DNA from: Spirochaetota bacterium
Lineage (GTDB): Bacteria > Spirochaetota > UBA4802 > UBA5550
DNA length: 64,000 nt
Assembly (NCBI GenBank): GCA_963663865.1
Contig: OY760686.1
Location: 256,001 to 320,000, forward strand
Direction: 5' to 3'
Each line of letters begins with the position of its first letter. Position 1 is the stretch's first letter. The notes below the pieces were generated by a model. That model did not search any database. It was given only the letters and a program-made list of their open reading frames with translations, and had not been told where the DNA came from. Shown here in pieces: positions 11,228 through 20,359 of this stretch. Made by a program: the position numbers and the translations under genes.

Positions 11228-11453
11228 GAGAGTGTAAAAAGATTTGTGTAAATAGCTATATTATTACTCAATAGATAAGGAGAAAAAATATGGCTATGGA
11301 CAAAGATGCAATAATTAATGAATTGCTGGAAGATGTGGATTTCATAGCACTGACACTAAACAAATTACCGGGAAAAACGGCCTTATTCAGCAGTTACCCA
11401 AAAGGATTATCGAAACAGCGATGAATGCTGAAATGGGAGAACATCTTAACTAC
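11228..11453 (+). pseudogene. IS256-family remnant: left terminal repeat plus truncated, frameshifted transposase N-terminus
   Basis: GAGAGTGTAAAAAGATTTGTGTAAAT resembles IS256 ends. ATG 11290 MAMDKDAIINELLEDVDF, then in another frame QITGKNGLIQQLPKRIIETAMNAEMGEHLNY, typical of IS256 N-termini. Confidence 0.7.
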
Positions 11454-11698
11454 TTTACTGGTGGAACTTGTACGCTGATTGATGAATATCTGCCAACATG
11501 GCAATATGAAACCATTTTCTGGGCTTTCCCCGGATATCATTGTTTCTCCTATAAACTCAAGGCAATTTGATTATTATCTAAGGAGATTTTTTTAAATGCT
11601 GAGCACCCCGGATACAAATATACAAAAATTGATTACTTCTGTGCTACGCCTTGCACTTATTCATGTCTGTCTATCAATTCCCACTGCATGGGAAAAGA

Positions 11699-11764
11699 TC
11701 ATTTCATAACAATCTCACTCTTCATCGCTCCGTAAAGGGCAACCGCGTCCTCATGCCTGTAGAC
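11699..11764 (-). repeat. att-like direct repeat, copy 2 (current 3' end of dinG)
   Basis: 63/66 nt identical to 6256-6321 and includes the dinG stop codon. Confidence 0.92.
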
Positions 11765-13693
11765 CACCCGGCATCTGGGGAGTGAACCAATAAACCTTTT
11801 CCCGTAGGGCTTGGAGTACAGCCTTGAGTCAAGCACGGCAACAATCCCCACATCAGTGCTGCTGCGAATAAGACGCCCGAAGCCCTGCTTGAACTTTATC
11901 ACCGCCTCTGGAATCTGGAAGTGAGCGAATGAGTTCAGGCCCTTCGCGGCTATCTGCTCCATCTTTGCCTGAACCGGCGGCGAGTCCGGTACCGCAAAAG
12001 GCAGGCGCATCATTATTACCCCGCGCACAAGGTCGCCGGGAAGGTCGATGCCCTGCCAGAACGAATGAGTGCCCATCAAAACAGAGTTATCATCCGAGAG
12101 ATAGGCCTCAACCGCTTCACCCGGAGTCATATCCCCCTGAGAATAGATACGGTGGTCTACCATGCCGCCAAGCTCGCGCCTGACATCCTCAAGCATTCTG
12201 TATGAGGTAAAGAGGAGCAGGCAGTTCCCGTTAAGACTTTTGATGATGTCCGCCGAAGCCATGGCAGCCTGCTTCGCAAAGCCCGGGACATTCGGCTCCG
12301 GGATATCCTTGCCGATATAAAGGACCGCCTGTTTCATGTAGTCAAACGGAGACGGAAGAGCAATATCCTGATTTCTGTCAATACCGAGCCGGTTTCCGAT
12401 AAAGGTAAAATTTTTATCGACGGCAAGCGTTGCAGAAACAAGCAAAGAGGACTCGTAAGAGTGAAAAACCTCTTTCCTCATTTTTTCAGCTATCGCCACA
12501 GGCTGTGCTCGCAAAGTACAGTCGGTCAAAAGGCCGTCCGGCGCGGACTCAAGCCAGTAGACATAGTCATCCTTTTCCATCTCAGTAAAGATGCCAAGCC
12601 CTTCAAGGAAGCCTCCTATCCGGCTCATCCCCATGTCGTATTCCATTCGCATGTACTCGTCCTGAAAGTCTTCTTCGGTTTTCCTGAGGATATCGACAAA
12701 CTCTGACAACGGGGCAAGCAGCTCCGCGCCGAACTGGAGAGGCCTTCTGAGACGCAGCTGGTTTGTCGCGTTAGGAACAAGCGCGGCAGCCTTTGCGAAA
12801 AACTTCGAGCCCTCCGCAATAATTTTACCTGCCGCCTCAACTGCCCGGACCCTCGTTTTTTCACCGGATATGTTGTTTATGAGATTGTTTTTTCGGTGCT
12901 TTCTGTAAAATCGGTCTATCGCGTCGGTGAGGAGCCTGTTGCTCAGGAAGAAACCCAGCTGAGATGACGCAATATCCTCAATAGAGTGAGCCTCGTCAAA
13001 GATAACTGCGTCGGAGCGCGGCAGATAGGTCTTCGCGGATGCAATATTAGTAAAAAAGAGATAGTGATTCATCACAAGAATATCGGCGGCCGCCCACTGC
13101 CTCTTAGCCTTCTGATAAGGGCACTCTCCCGAATATGGGCACCTGTAGCCTCCGCAAATCTCGGGCTCCCTGTTCACCTGCGCCCACAGCCTGTTTGAAA
13201 TCCGCAAATCGAATCGGGTAAAGAGGCGCTCTGCCTCGAAAAGCTTCGCGAGCGGCCTGAGTGATTTCAGCTCTTCCTGCTCAAACTTGCCCTTCTGTAC
13301 CGCTATTTCAAAGCGCCGGCGGCAGGCATAGTTAGCGCTGCCGAGACACAGGGCGTAGGAGAACCTGTCCTTCATTGTGTTTAGAAAAAAGTCACGGACC
13401 AGAGGAAGGTCCTTATCCATAAGCTGCTTCTGAAGGGCCTTTGTTTCGGTGCTTATCGCTATCTTTTTGCCGGTCTCAAGTGCATAGAGAACAGCTGGAA
13501 TAAGATACGCGAGAGTCTTGCCGGTGCCGGTACCGGCCTCAATCATTCCGTTTTCGGTATCAGCAAGGCGCGCGCTGACAAAGGACGCCATCTGGCCCTG
13601 TTCAGCCCGGAACTCATATCCGGGCACATATCCAGCCAGCATGCCGTCCTTTGAAAAAATCTTGTCTATTAATGAATCCGATTTGTAGTTCAT
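11699..13693 (-). CDS. dinG: DinG/YoaA-family ATP-dependent DNA helicase
   Basis: EAGTGTGKT, Fe-S cysteines (NYAC...ICGGYRCPYSGECPY), FDEAH, SATL, FWQGIDLPG and KQGFGRLIRS. Confidence 0.92.
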   Translation of the reverse strand: MNYKSDSLIDKIFSKDGMLAGYVPGYEFRAEQGQMASFVSARLADTENGMIEAGTGTGKTLAYLIPAVLYALETGKKIAISTETKALQKQLMDKDLPLVRDFFLNTMKDRFSYALCLGSANYACRRRFEIAVQKGKFEQEELKSLRPLAKLFEAERLFTRFDLRISNRLWAQVNREPEICGGYRCPYSGECPYQKAKRQWAAADILVMNHYLFFTNIASAKTYLPRSDAVIFDEAHSIEDIASSQLGFFLSNRLLTDAIDRFYRKHRKNNLINNISGEKTRVRAVEAAGKIIAEGSKFFAKAAALVPNATNQLRLRRPLQFGAELLAPLSEFVDILRKTEEDFQDEYMRMEYDMGMSRIGGFLEGLGIFTEMEKDDYVYWLESAPDGLLTDCTLRAQPVAIAEKMRKEVFHSYESSLLVSATLAVDKNFTFIGNRLGIDRNQDIALPSPFDYMKQAVLYIGKDIPEPNVPGFAKQAAMASADIIKSLNGNCLLLFTSYRMLEDVRRELGGMVDHRIYSQGDMTPGEAVEAYLSDDNSVLMGTHSFWQGIDLPGDLVRGVIMMRLPFAVPDSPPVQAKMEQIAAKGLNSFAHFQIPEAVIKFKQGFGRLIRSSTDVGIVAVLDSRLYSKPYGKRFIGSLPRCRVVYRHEDAVALYGAMKSEIVMK

Positions 13694-13805
13694 TCCGTTA
13701 TCGAAGAAAGCCTTTTTTTAAGTCCTCCTCACCTGCTGACTGGAGAGCCCTTCCTGACAGTCAACCCGCTAAAGAATGTAATTAATATTCCAGCAGGAAT
13801 ACAAG

Positions 13806-14267
13806 TCAATTATTTCTGAAGACTTTCCGGAAGATAAAACGCACAAGAGGCCCCACAAAGAAAATCTGTAGAAATATTGCAAACGGAAAGTTGAATACCA
13901 GCTTATTGAGCCAGTCAGAGAAGAAATTCACCGTAAATCCATTATAGAACACCGTCGCAGCAAAGCTCATGGAAGGACACATAATACAGACAGTCATGCA
14001 TGTTATAGTCAGCATGACAAACACCGGCCTGTCCTTTGCAGGGTCAACTATTCTGAAAGCGAGCTTCTGCGAAAGCCTGAAGGCGATAAGGGCTTCAATC
14101 AGAAAGGCCGTAATAAACTCCAGAGGGACTTCTTTAACAGCAAGCAGAAATACGTCTTTGCTGATTCCCCCGCTGTTGATGGAGACATTATAAACTGTGA
14201 AAGAGGCAACAGAAAAGAAAACGGTAAGCGACATAAAAAAGTACTTCTGAAATACGGTCTTAGGCAT
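13806..14267 (-). CDS. DUF2798-like membrane protein
   Basis: Four hydrophobic helices. MPKT..Q start, MCPSMS and NFPFAIFLQIFFVGPLVRFIFR motifs as recalled for this family. Confidence 0.65.
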   Translation of the reverse strand: MPKTVFQKYFFMSLTVFFSVASFTVYNVSINSGGISKDVFLLAVKEVPLEFITAFLIEALIAFRLSQKLAFRIVDPAKDRPVFVMLTITCMTVCIMCPSMSFAATVFYNGFTVNFFSDWLNKLVFNFPFAIFLQIFFVGPLVRFIFRKVFRNN

Positions 14268-14527
14268 ACGGAAAACTCCTTACATGTAATCCTGGTACCG
14301 TAATCAGATTTACTCGCTATGCGATACATGTGTCGTTTTCCAGCTATTGTCATGTTCTGGATTTAAGCGTTTGTAGTCAACTATAATGAAAAAGCATTTC
14401 CCATGAAATCGCATTCTCAAAAAACGAACTTCACAAGATAAGCGATATAATCCTAATTCATACGATAATAATCTTGACTCATACACTTTATATCTTATAG
14501 ACATAAAAAAAGATTTCTTGAGACCCA

Positions 14528-14911
14528 ATGCGAATAACAGTCTTTATAATACTATCATCATTTGCCCTTCTCTCGTGCGGGAGAGAATGTCTCTTTCCGC
14601 TTTGTTCAGCCAGCCCTGTTTTTATCGGTTCATCAACTTATGGTTTTAAAATAATTGGCGAATATCCAATTAAGCCTTCAGAGGCATATGAGGCAGCAAA
14701 ACCATACCTTGAACAGTCATACACACTACGCAACAGGGGAAGGAACTTTCCAAAAGACAGACTTAATATGAACGACTACATGCTTTTCAAGGGCGGATAT
14801 TACTATATATCCAGGGATAACTATCCTTACAAATCCTACTGGGCATATTTAAAACACGCGGTAAAAGTCAACGCTGACACAGGAAGGGTAATCCCTCCTG
14901 ACGCTGAATAG
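14528..14911 (+). CDS. Hypothetical lipoprotein
   Basis: Lipobox ALLSC. C-terminal VKVNADTGRV is PepSY-like. Confidence 0.55.
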   Translation: MRITVFIILSSFALLSCGRECLFPLCSASPVFIGSSTYGFKIIGEYPIKPSEAYEAAKPYLEQSYTLRNRGRNFPKDRLNMNDYMLFKGGYYYISRDNYPYKSYWAYLKHAVKVNADTGRVIPPDAE

Positions 14912-14919
14912 CCTGGATT

Positions 14920-15501
14920 CTATCTAAGAAGCCCGGCGAGTCGCTCTTTTTCAAGACCGTCATTCAGTGAATACACAATTTCTCCTTCTTTTATGCTGTA
15001 AAGCTCCGTTATCGGTGAAGGAGGAATATTGTTTTCTTTCTGAAATTCATTAATTACCGGATAAACTTTCATCAGGCCAATAATAATTGATATTTTCGAT
15101 ACATACGGGAAACGGACTATATGAGATTCATTTTCAGGAATTTCGGCAATCTTGTAATTCTTCCCCTTAAGATCTTCAACTTTGCTGTAATCATTGGGCT
15201 CAATCACACAGCCAAGAACTGCCCTCAGTTTGCTCTTTTCAACGTTTTCAGGATCATCAAAGTAGATACCTATACCTCTGAAAGTCTCAATCTTCTCGCT
15301 TTCAAGAAGAGAATAATACAGTTTGTTCATAACCTTTCCAGATTCAGAGTAATCTCCTGTATGCACAGCATAAACAATTTTCATTTCCTCAAGTTTGTGT
15401 TTTTCGACGGTTATTGTTGAAAAGGCCCCATGGAAGGCTGCAACTGAAACAATACCCGCCAGAATAAGCAGTGAAACAATCAATATGACCTTTTTGTTCA
15501 T
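14920..15501 (-). CDS. GyrI-like small-molecule-binding domain protein, membrane anchored
   Basis: N-terminal TM, then HTGDYSE, GIYFDDP and ELY motifs. Confidence 0.7.
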   Translation of the reverse strand: MNKKVILIVSLLILAGIVSVAAFHGAFSTITVEKHKLEEMKIVYAVHTGDYSESGKVMNKLYYSLLESEKIETFRGIGIYFDDPENVEKSKLRAVLGCVIEPNDYSKVEDLKGKNYKIAEIPENESHIVRFPYVSKISIIIGLMKVYPVINEFQKENNIPPSPITELYSIKEGEIVYSLNDGLEKERLAGLLR

Positions 15502-15646
15502 TTTCTTTGCTCCCTAATATCAGTTTCTGATAAACAAATAACATGTTATAGTTAAGGTGATTAAAGCGGAAAAAGCAATTATTTTTCTTAAGGCGCTCAT
15601 ATATCCCTCCCAAATAGAAAAAGGAGGAGAGATTTCTGCATATTTA

Positions 15647-15690
15647 GTTGACACGGAAACCATTTCTCTGCATATTGTTTCCATGGAAAC
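15647..15690 (+). promoter_or_regulatory. Sigma70-like promoter with two MarR-type operator palindromes
   Basis: TTGACA 15648-15653, 17-nt spacer, CATATT 15671-15676. Perfect palindrome GTTTCCATGGAAAC 15677-15690 and variant GTTGACACGGAAAC 15647-15660. Confidence 0.65.
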
Positions 15691-16129
15691 TACACACAAA
15701 AACAGTGACATTGCATCTGTAATAATAGGCAAACTGATGAGTATCAGCGGGATTTTAAAGCGCGAATCAAACAGACTTCTTGAACCCTTTGGCCTCAATC
15801 ATCAGCAATTTTCAATACTATTTGAAATCGCAAAAGCTGGAAGAATCCGCCAGAAAGATACTACCAATCGTCTTTCACTTGAGAAGGCTCACGTCTCAAA
15901 GGTTGTCAGCAAACTCAATTCCATGGGACTCATCAGCATTAATTCATCCGAAGAGGATAAAAGGTCGGCCTACCTTTCGGTCACAGAGAAAGGAGAGCAA
16001 ACTGTTAAACGATGCCGGAAAGTAATCAACAGCTGGAAAACAAACAAACTGGGACATCTTAATGAAGCTGATCTTTCTGCAGTTTTAGACAGCATCAGCC
16101 TTCTGCAAAATGCCTTTCTGAATCAATAA
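15683..16129 (+). CDS. MarR-family transcriptional regulator
   Basis: GLNHQQFSIL, VSKVVSKL and EEDKRSAYLSVTEKG winged-helix motifs. Start placed at ATG 15683. Confidence 0.88.
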   Translation: METTHKNSDIASVIIGKLMSISGILKRESNRLLEPFGLNHQQFSILFEIAKAGRIRQKDTTNRLSLEKAHVSKVVSKLNSMGLISINSSEEDKRSAYLSVTEKGEQTVKRCRKVINSWKTNKLGHLNEADLSAVLDSISLLQNAFLNQ

Positions 16130-16164
16130 AAGCTTAAAATTTCCAGCTTCAAAATAAATTAAGG

Positions 16165-16974
16165 ATGGCTTATGACATGAAAATTGAACAAGTGACTACC
16201 GTTTTTTTCTCACCGACAGGAACTACAGAAGCAATTGTTAAATCTGTTGCGGATGGCTTCGGACATAGCAAGGTCATAAACATCGATATAACAGACAAAA
16301 GCAGGCGAAATGCAGTGCTGCAACTTGAAAGAAATAACATCCTCATCGCCGGAGTCCCGGTGTATATGGGAAGGGTGCCCGCGATAGCGGCTGACTTTCT
16401 TAAAAAGATTCAGGCCGATAATACACCGGCTATTGCAGTAGCCGTTTATGGAAACCGGGCGTATGAAAACTCACTTCTTGAACTCTCCGATATACTTGAA
16501 GAGGCCGGGTGCTTTACTCTTGCAGCTGCATCTTTCATTGGCGAACATTCCTTTTCAAGCGCTGATACACCTATAGCTGAAGGCAGGCCTGATATCTCTG
16601 ACCTGAAAACAGCCGAAGGATTAGGCCGCAGTGCAGCAGAAAAGCTCATATTGACGGAATCTACCTTAGTAAAAAAAGTTTTTATTCCCGGAACACGCCC
16701 CTATGGCGGCGTCACAAAAATCTGGGACGAGGACTTTATTGACATAGATGAATCATGCAGTGCTTGCGGGCTCTGTGCGTCAGTCTGCCCAACAGACGCA
16801 ATCGCCCATAATAACATCAGGAGTATCGACCCGGTTAAATGTATTAGCTGCTGCGCCTGCATCAAAAGCTGTCCGGCAGGGGCAAGGTCGATAAAACCGG
16901 GCAAAGTAAAGGATGCTTCTTTGAGGCTCAATAGTCTCTTCAGCGAACCCAAAATGCCTGAGCTTTACATTTAG
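16165..16974 (+). CDS. EFR1-family flavodoxin/4Fe-4S ferredoxin
   Basis: FSPTGTT, PVYMGRVP and VYGNRAYE, plus two CxxCxxCxxxCP clusters. Confidence 0.85.
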   Translation: MAYDMKIEQVTTVFFSPTGTTEAIVKSVADGFGHSKVINIDITDKSRRNAVLQLERNNILIAGVPVYMGRVPAIAADFLKKIQADNTPAIAVAVYGNRAYENSLLELSDILEEAGCFTLAAASFIGEHSFSSADTPIAEGRPDISDLKTAEGLGRSAAEKLILTESTLVKKVFIPGTRPYGGVTKIWDEDFIDIDESCSACGLCASVCPTDAIAHNNIRSIDPVKCISCCACIKSCPAGARSIKPGKVKDASLRLNSLFSEPKMPELYI

Positions 16975-17091
16975 TTCATTTAGTATTTTATTTACTTGGA
17001 ATATCAATTATTTATTGACCGGCATGTTAATTTAATTTTTAATATTCCATAGCATTTGGAATAAATACATAAACAGCTGGAAGTATCGCTT

Positions 17092-19146
17092 ATGCAATTC
17101 TTTAGCAGGAAAACCACCCCATCAAAATCCGATACGGAGACAGTAGATATTAACGAAATAGTAGAACCATCAGCGCCCGTTGAATTCATAAAAACAATCG
17201 TACTAACATCTAATTCCATAGGCGATGACGCTTCAGCAGCACTTCTGAATTTCAAAGGCGAGGAACCCGGTCTTGTAATAGGTTACGTCTCACCTTTTAC
17301 GGATATAAAAAAGGCCTCATCACAGGTTACAGGACTTATCCCTCCTGAGACCCCTCTCCTCATGTGCACGACTGCCGGAGAACTATGCTCGGGGGATGAC
17401 CGAAACGGGATATACATAGACGCCGTTGAAGGCCGCAATACCGTTGTGCTTCAAATCTTCAGCCGTTCACTTATCGCTGGAGTTCACATTGAAGCAGTAC
17501 CGCTTTTCTCCGAAGACGTAAGGTCAGGGAAGCCAATCCTGAACGTTCAGGAACGGATAGCTCGAATAGCGGAGCGTCTTGGAAGAATACGTATACCTTT
17601 TAAGATCCGTCATGAAGACACAATTGCTTTCACAATTATTGACGGACTTTCAAACAGCGAAAGTTTTTTCATGGAGGCAGTTTACCAGTCAGGGCTGTTC
17701 CCCTGCCTTTTCACTGGAGGCTCCGCAGGCGGAAAACTTGATTTCAGGAATACATACATATACACTCAGGGTAAAATATTCGAAAACCATGCAGTCGTTG
17801 CTTTTATCAAGCTGAATCCAGGAATGAAATTTGGCATATTTAAATCACAAAACTTTGAAAAAACCGGCAAGAGCTTTATGATTCTGGAATCAGACATGGT
17901 AATGCGCTATGTTAAAACCGTTTTCGACCCGGATACTCAGGAGATTACGGGGATTGTTGATGAGCTCTGCAAATTTTTCAAGTGCAGACCGGTAGAACTT
18001 GAAAAAAAGCTGAACGACTACACCTTCGGTATTGAAATCAACGGGGAGCTTTACGTCCGCTCCGTTTCGGGGATAGATATTACGAATAACCGTATAAACT
18101 TCTACTGCGACATTTCAAAGGGCGATGAGCTGCTTCTCATTAAAAAAACCGGTTTCACTGATTCGACACTGAGCGGCGTCAACAGCTACCTGAAGTCCAA
18201 AGAAGATTACGCTGTTCCGGTGGGAGCAATCCTGAACGACTGTATTCTCAGAAGGCTTAATAACCTCAACGAAATTAAAACCCTAAACTACTGCAGTTCA
18301 ATACCGGCTGCCGGATTTTCAACATTCGGCGAACTTCTCGGCGTCAACATTAACCAGACTCTGACCGGAGTATTCTTTTTCAAAGAAACGGTACCAGGTA
18401 AATTTTACGACTATTATGTTGATAATTTCGTCCATCACTATTCCGCTTTTAAGGACTACTATAACAGCAGGCGCATAAATCAGATGACGCAGATCAATAA
18501 TCTGAGAAACAAAATGTTTCACGTAGTTGAGAACAGAATGTCTGTTGTTCAGGATACTATGAATAACTTCAGAAGGATTATCGGTTTTTCCCAACAGGTC
18601 AATACCGACCTGCTTAAGGTAAACGACCGATTCAGCGAGTTTATGAACAGAATATCTTCAAGCGCCGGCATGTTCGCTTCACTGAACGAGAATGCAGAGA
18701 AAATGGAAAAATCTGCCGAGGAAATCAAGGCCATTCTTGACGGCATTGACGAACTTGCAGACCAGACAAACATGCTGGCCCTGAACGCGGCGATTGAAGC
18801 CGCGAGAGCCGGAGACCATGGCCGGGGATTCGCTGTAGTCGCAAACGAGGTAAAAAAACTGGCAGACGGCACACAAAACCAGCTTAAGGAGAGCATACAT
18901 ATTGCCGGAGGAATAACCGGACAAATCGGCTCTCTATCTCATAAAATTTCTGATTTAAGAAAAGAGATGAATTCTGTCATCAACGGATCCGGCGAGATTG
19001 ACAGAGCAATAGGTTCAGTTGTGGCCAGCTCTCTTAATGTTCAATCAGACTCGGCCCTCATAGAAAGATTCCTTGACAGTATCCTCAGCCTTATCAGCGA
19101 AATGGAACACATGAAAAGACTTGAGTCAGAGCTTGGGGGTTCTTAA
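17092..19146 (+). CDS. Soluble chemoreceptor: FIST N/C domains plus MCP signalling domain
   Basis: CTTAGEL, GGSAGG, NDCILRR and GFSTFGE (FIST), then [37 protein letters not shown]. No TM helix. Confidence 0.88.
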   Translation: MQFFSRKTTPSKSDTETVDINEIVEPSAPVEFIKTIVLTSNSIGDDASAALLNFKGEEPGLVIGYVSPFTDIKKASSQVTGLIPPETPLLMCTTAGELCSGDDRNGIYIDAVEGRNTVVLQIFSRSLIAGVHIEAVPLFSEDVRSGKPILNVQERIARIAERLGRIRIPFKIRHEDTIAFTIIDGLSNSESFFMEAVYQSGLFPCLFTGGSAGGKLDFRNTYIYTQGKIFENHAVVAFIKLNPGMKFGIFKSQNFEKTGKSFMILESDMVMRYVKTVFDPDTQEITGIVDELCKFFKCRPVELEKKLNDYTFGIEINGELYVRSVSGIDITNNRINFYCDISKGDELLLIKKTGFTDSTLSGVNSYLKSKEDYAVPVGAILNDCILRRLNNLNEIKTLNYCSSIPAAGFSTFGELLGVNINQTLTGVFFFKETVPGKFYDYYVDNFVHHYSAFKDYYNSRRINQMTQINNLRNKMFHVVENRMSVVQDTMNNFRRIIGFSQQVNTDLLKVNDRFSEFMNRISSSAGMFASLNENAEKMEKSAEEIKAILDGIDELADQTNMLALNAAIEAARAGDHGRGFAVVANEVKKLADGTQNQLKESIHIAGGITGQIGSLSHKISDLRKEMNSVINGSGEIDRAIGSVVASSLNVQSDSALIERFLDSILSLISEMEHMKRLESELGGS

Positions 19147-19261
19147 AGAGACTTTTATTGGGAAGAAGACAAATGAGTTTTTGTCTGGACATGAACTAAA
19201 CTCATCTGTTGTCAGCTTGATCTGTTCTAAGCCGCATCAACACTACATCTGGGGCAACGAA

Positions 19262-20155
19262 ATGAAACTGATAGGTGAAATAAGAAAGCGGAATCTGTCT
19301 TTGAGCTTTATTCTTATTATTTCGATCATTTTTCTAATTGGCGTCTATACAATCCACGGTTTATCTGATTTAAGCAGTTATACAAGGACCATTTACAACC
19401 ACCCTCTTGTTGTTTCAAACGGTTCGTTAAAAGCCGCACTTAACATTACTAAAATGCACCGAAACATGAAAGACGTTGTCCTCTCCAATACCGTGAAAGA
19501 GATGAATACTGCGATTGAACTTGTTACGGAGAACGAGATCAAAGTCTACACCCAGCTTGACCTTATTAAGGAAAACATACTTGGAATTGAAGGACAAAAA
19601 CTCCAGGCTGAAACAAGAAATCTTTTTATCAGCTGGAAACCTATAAGGGAGGAGGTCATCAAGCTTTATACAAAAGGCAGGAAAGCTGAAGCAATTAGCA
19701 TAACAAAAGAGAATGGGGCAAGACATGTAAATACACTGGAAGCAAAAATGCTTGAATTGATGAATTACGCAAGAACAAAAGCCACTTCTTTTCTTAAAGA
19801 AGCTGAACAAAAGGAATTATTTCTTGAACATACAATTATTATTCTTATAGCAATAAGTCTCCTGCTTTCCATTTTAGTTGCTGTTATTACAACCAGCAAA
19901 GTTAAAAAATCAGAGAGAACCCTTCAGCAGGAAAAGGAAAAGCTTCAGGAAGCGCTGAGTGAGATTAAAACACTGCAGGGTATTATCCCCATATGCTCCT
20001 ATTGCAAGCAGATAAGAGACGATGAAGGTCTCTGGAATGCTCTGGAAGAATATATTCGCCAGCGTTCAGAAGCTGTATTCTCACACAGTATATGCCCTGA
20101 CTGCCTTAGAAAGCATTTTCCTGAGCTTGCAGAAAAGAAAAAAACAAAGCCCTAA
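19262..20155 (+). CDS. Membrane sensor: TM, four-helix-bundle periplasmic domain, TM, Cys/His C-terminal domain
   Basis: IYNHPLVVS..MHRNMKDVVL sensor domain. C-terminal LQGIIPICSYCKQIRDDEGLW...FSHSICPDC. Confidence 0.75.
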   Translation: MKLIGEIRKRNLSLSFILIISIIFLIGVYTIHGLSDLSSYTRTIYNHPLVVSNGSLKAALNITKMHRNMKDVVLSNTVKEMNTAIELVTENEIKVYTQLDLIKENILGIEGQKLQAETRNLFISWKPIREEVIKLYTKGRKAEAISITKENGARHVNTLEAKMLELMNYARTKATSFLKEAEQKELFLEHTIIILIAISLLLSILVAVITTSKVKKSERTLQQEKEKLQEALSEIKTLQGIIPICSYCKQIRDDEGLWNALEEYIRQRSEAVFSHSICPDCLRKHFPELAEKKKTKP

Positions 20156-20359
20156 AATTTATACAACCCGCTCAAAAAAACGTCCTGTTTTTCAAAATCA
20201 GGACGCCCCAACAGAGTCTTTTCAATATCATAGTAACAGTACTTCAATCTGCAGACAATATGTCTGAGAAGGAAGTCTGGTTTTGTTTTTTGCCATTTTC
20301 AGATTGATGCTATTATGTATTTTTACATCCAAAATTATAACACTGGAGACACCAAACCA

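Larger units (their letters stand above)
6256..11764. mobile_element. Genomic islet integrated in the 3' end of dinG (no integrase seen)
   Basis: Bounded by the 66-bp direct repeat and visibly more AT-rich than its flanks. Cargo: GH3 glycosidase, M4 protease and an IS remnant. Confidence 0.8.

Noticed and set aside
14270-14400. Riboswitch upstream of the DUF2798-like gene
   Set aside because: No recognisable SAM-I or other consensus by eye.
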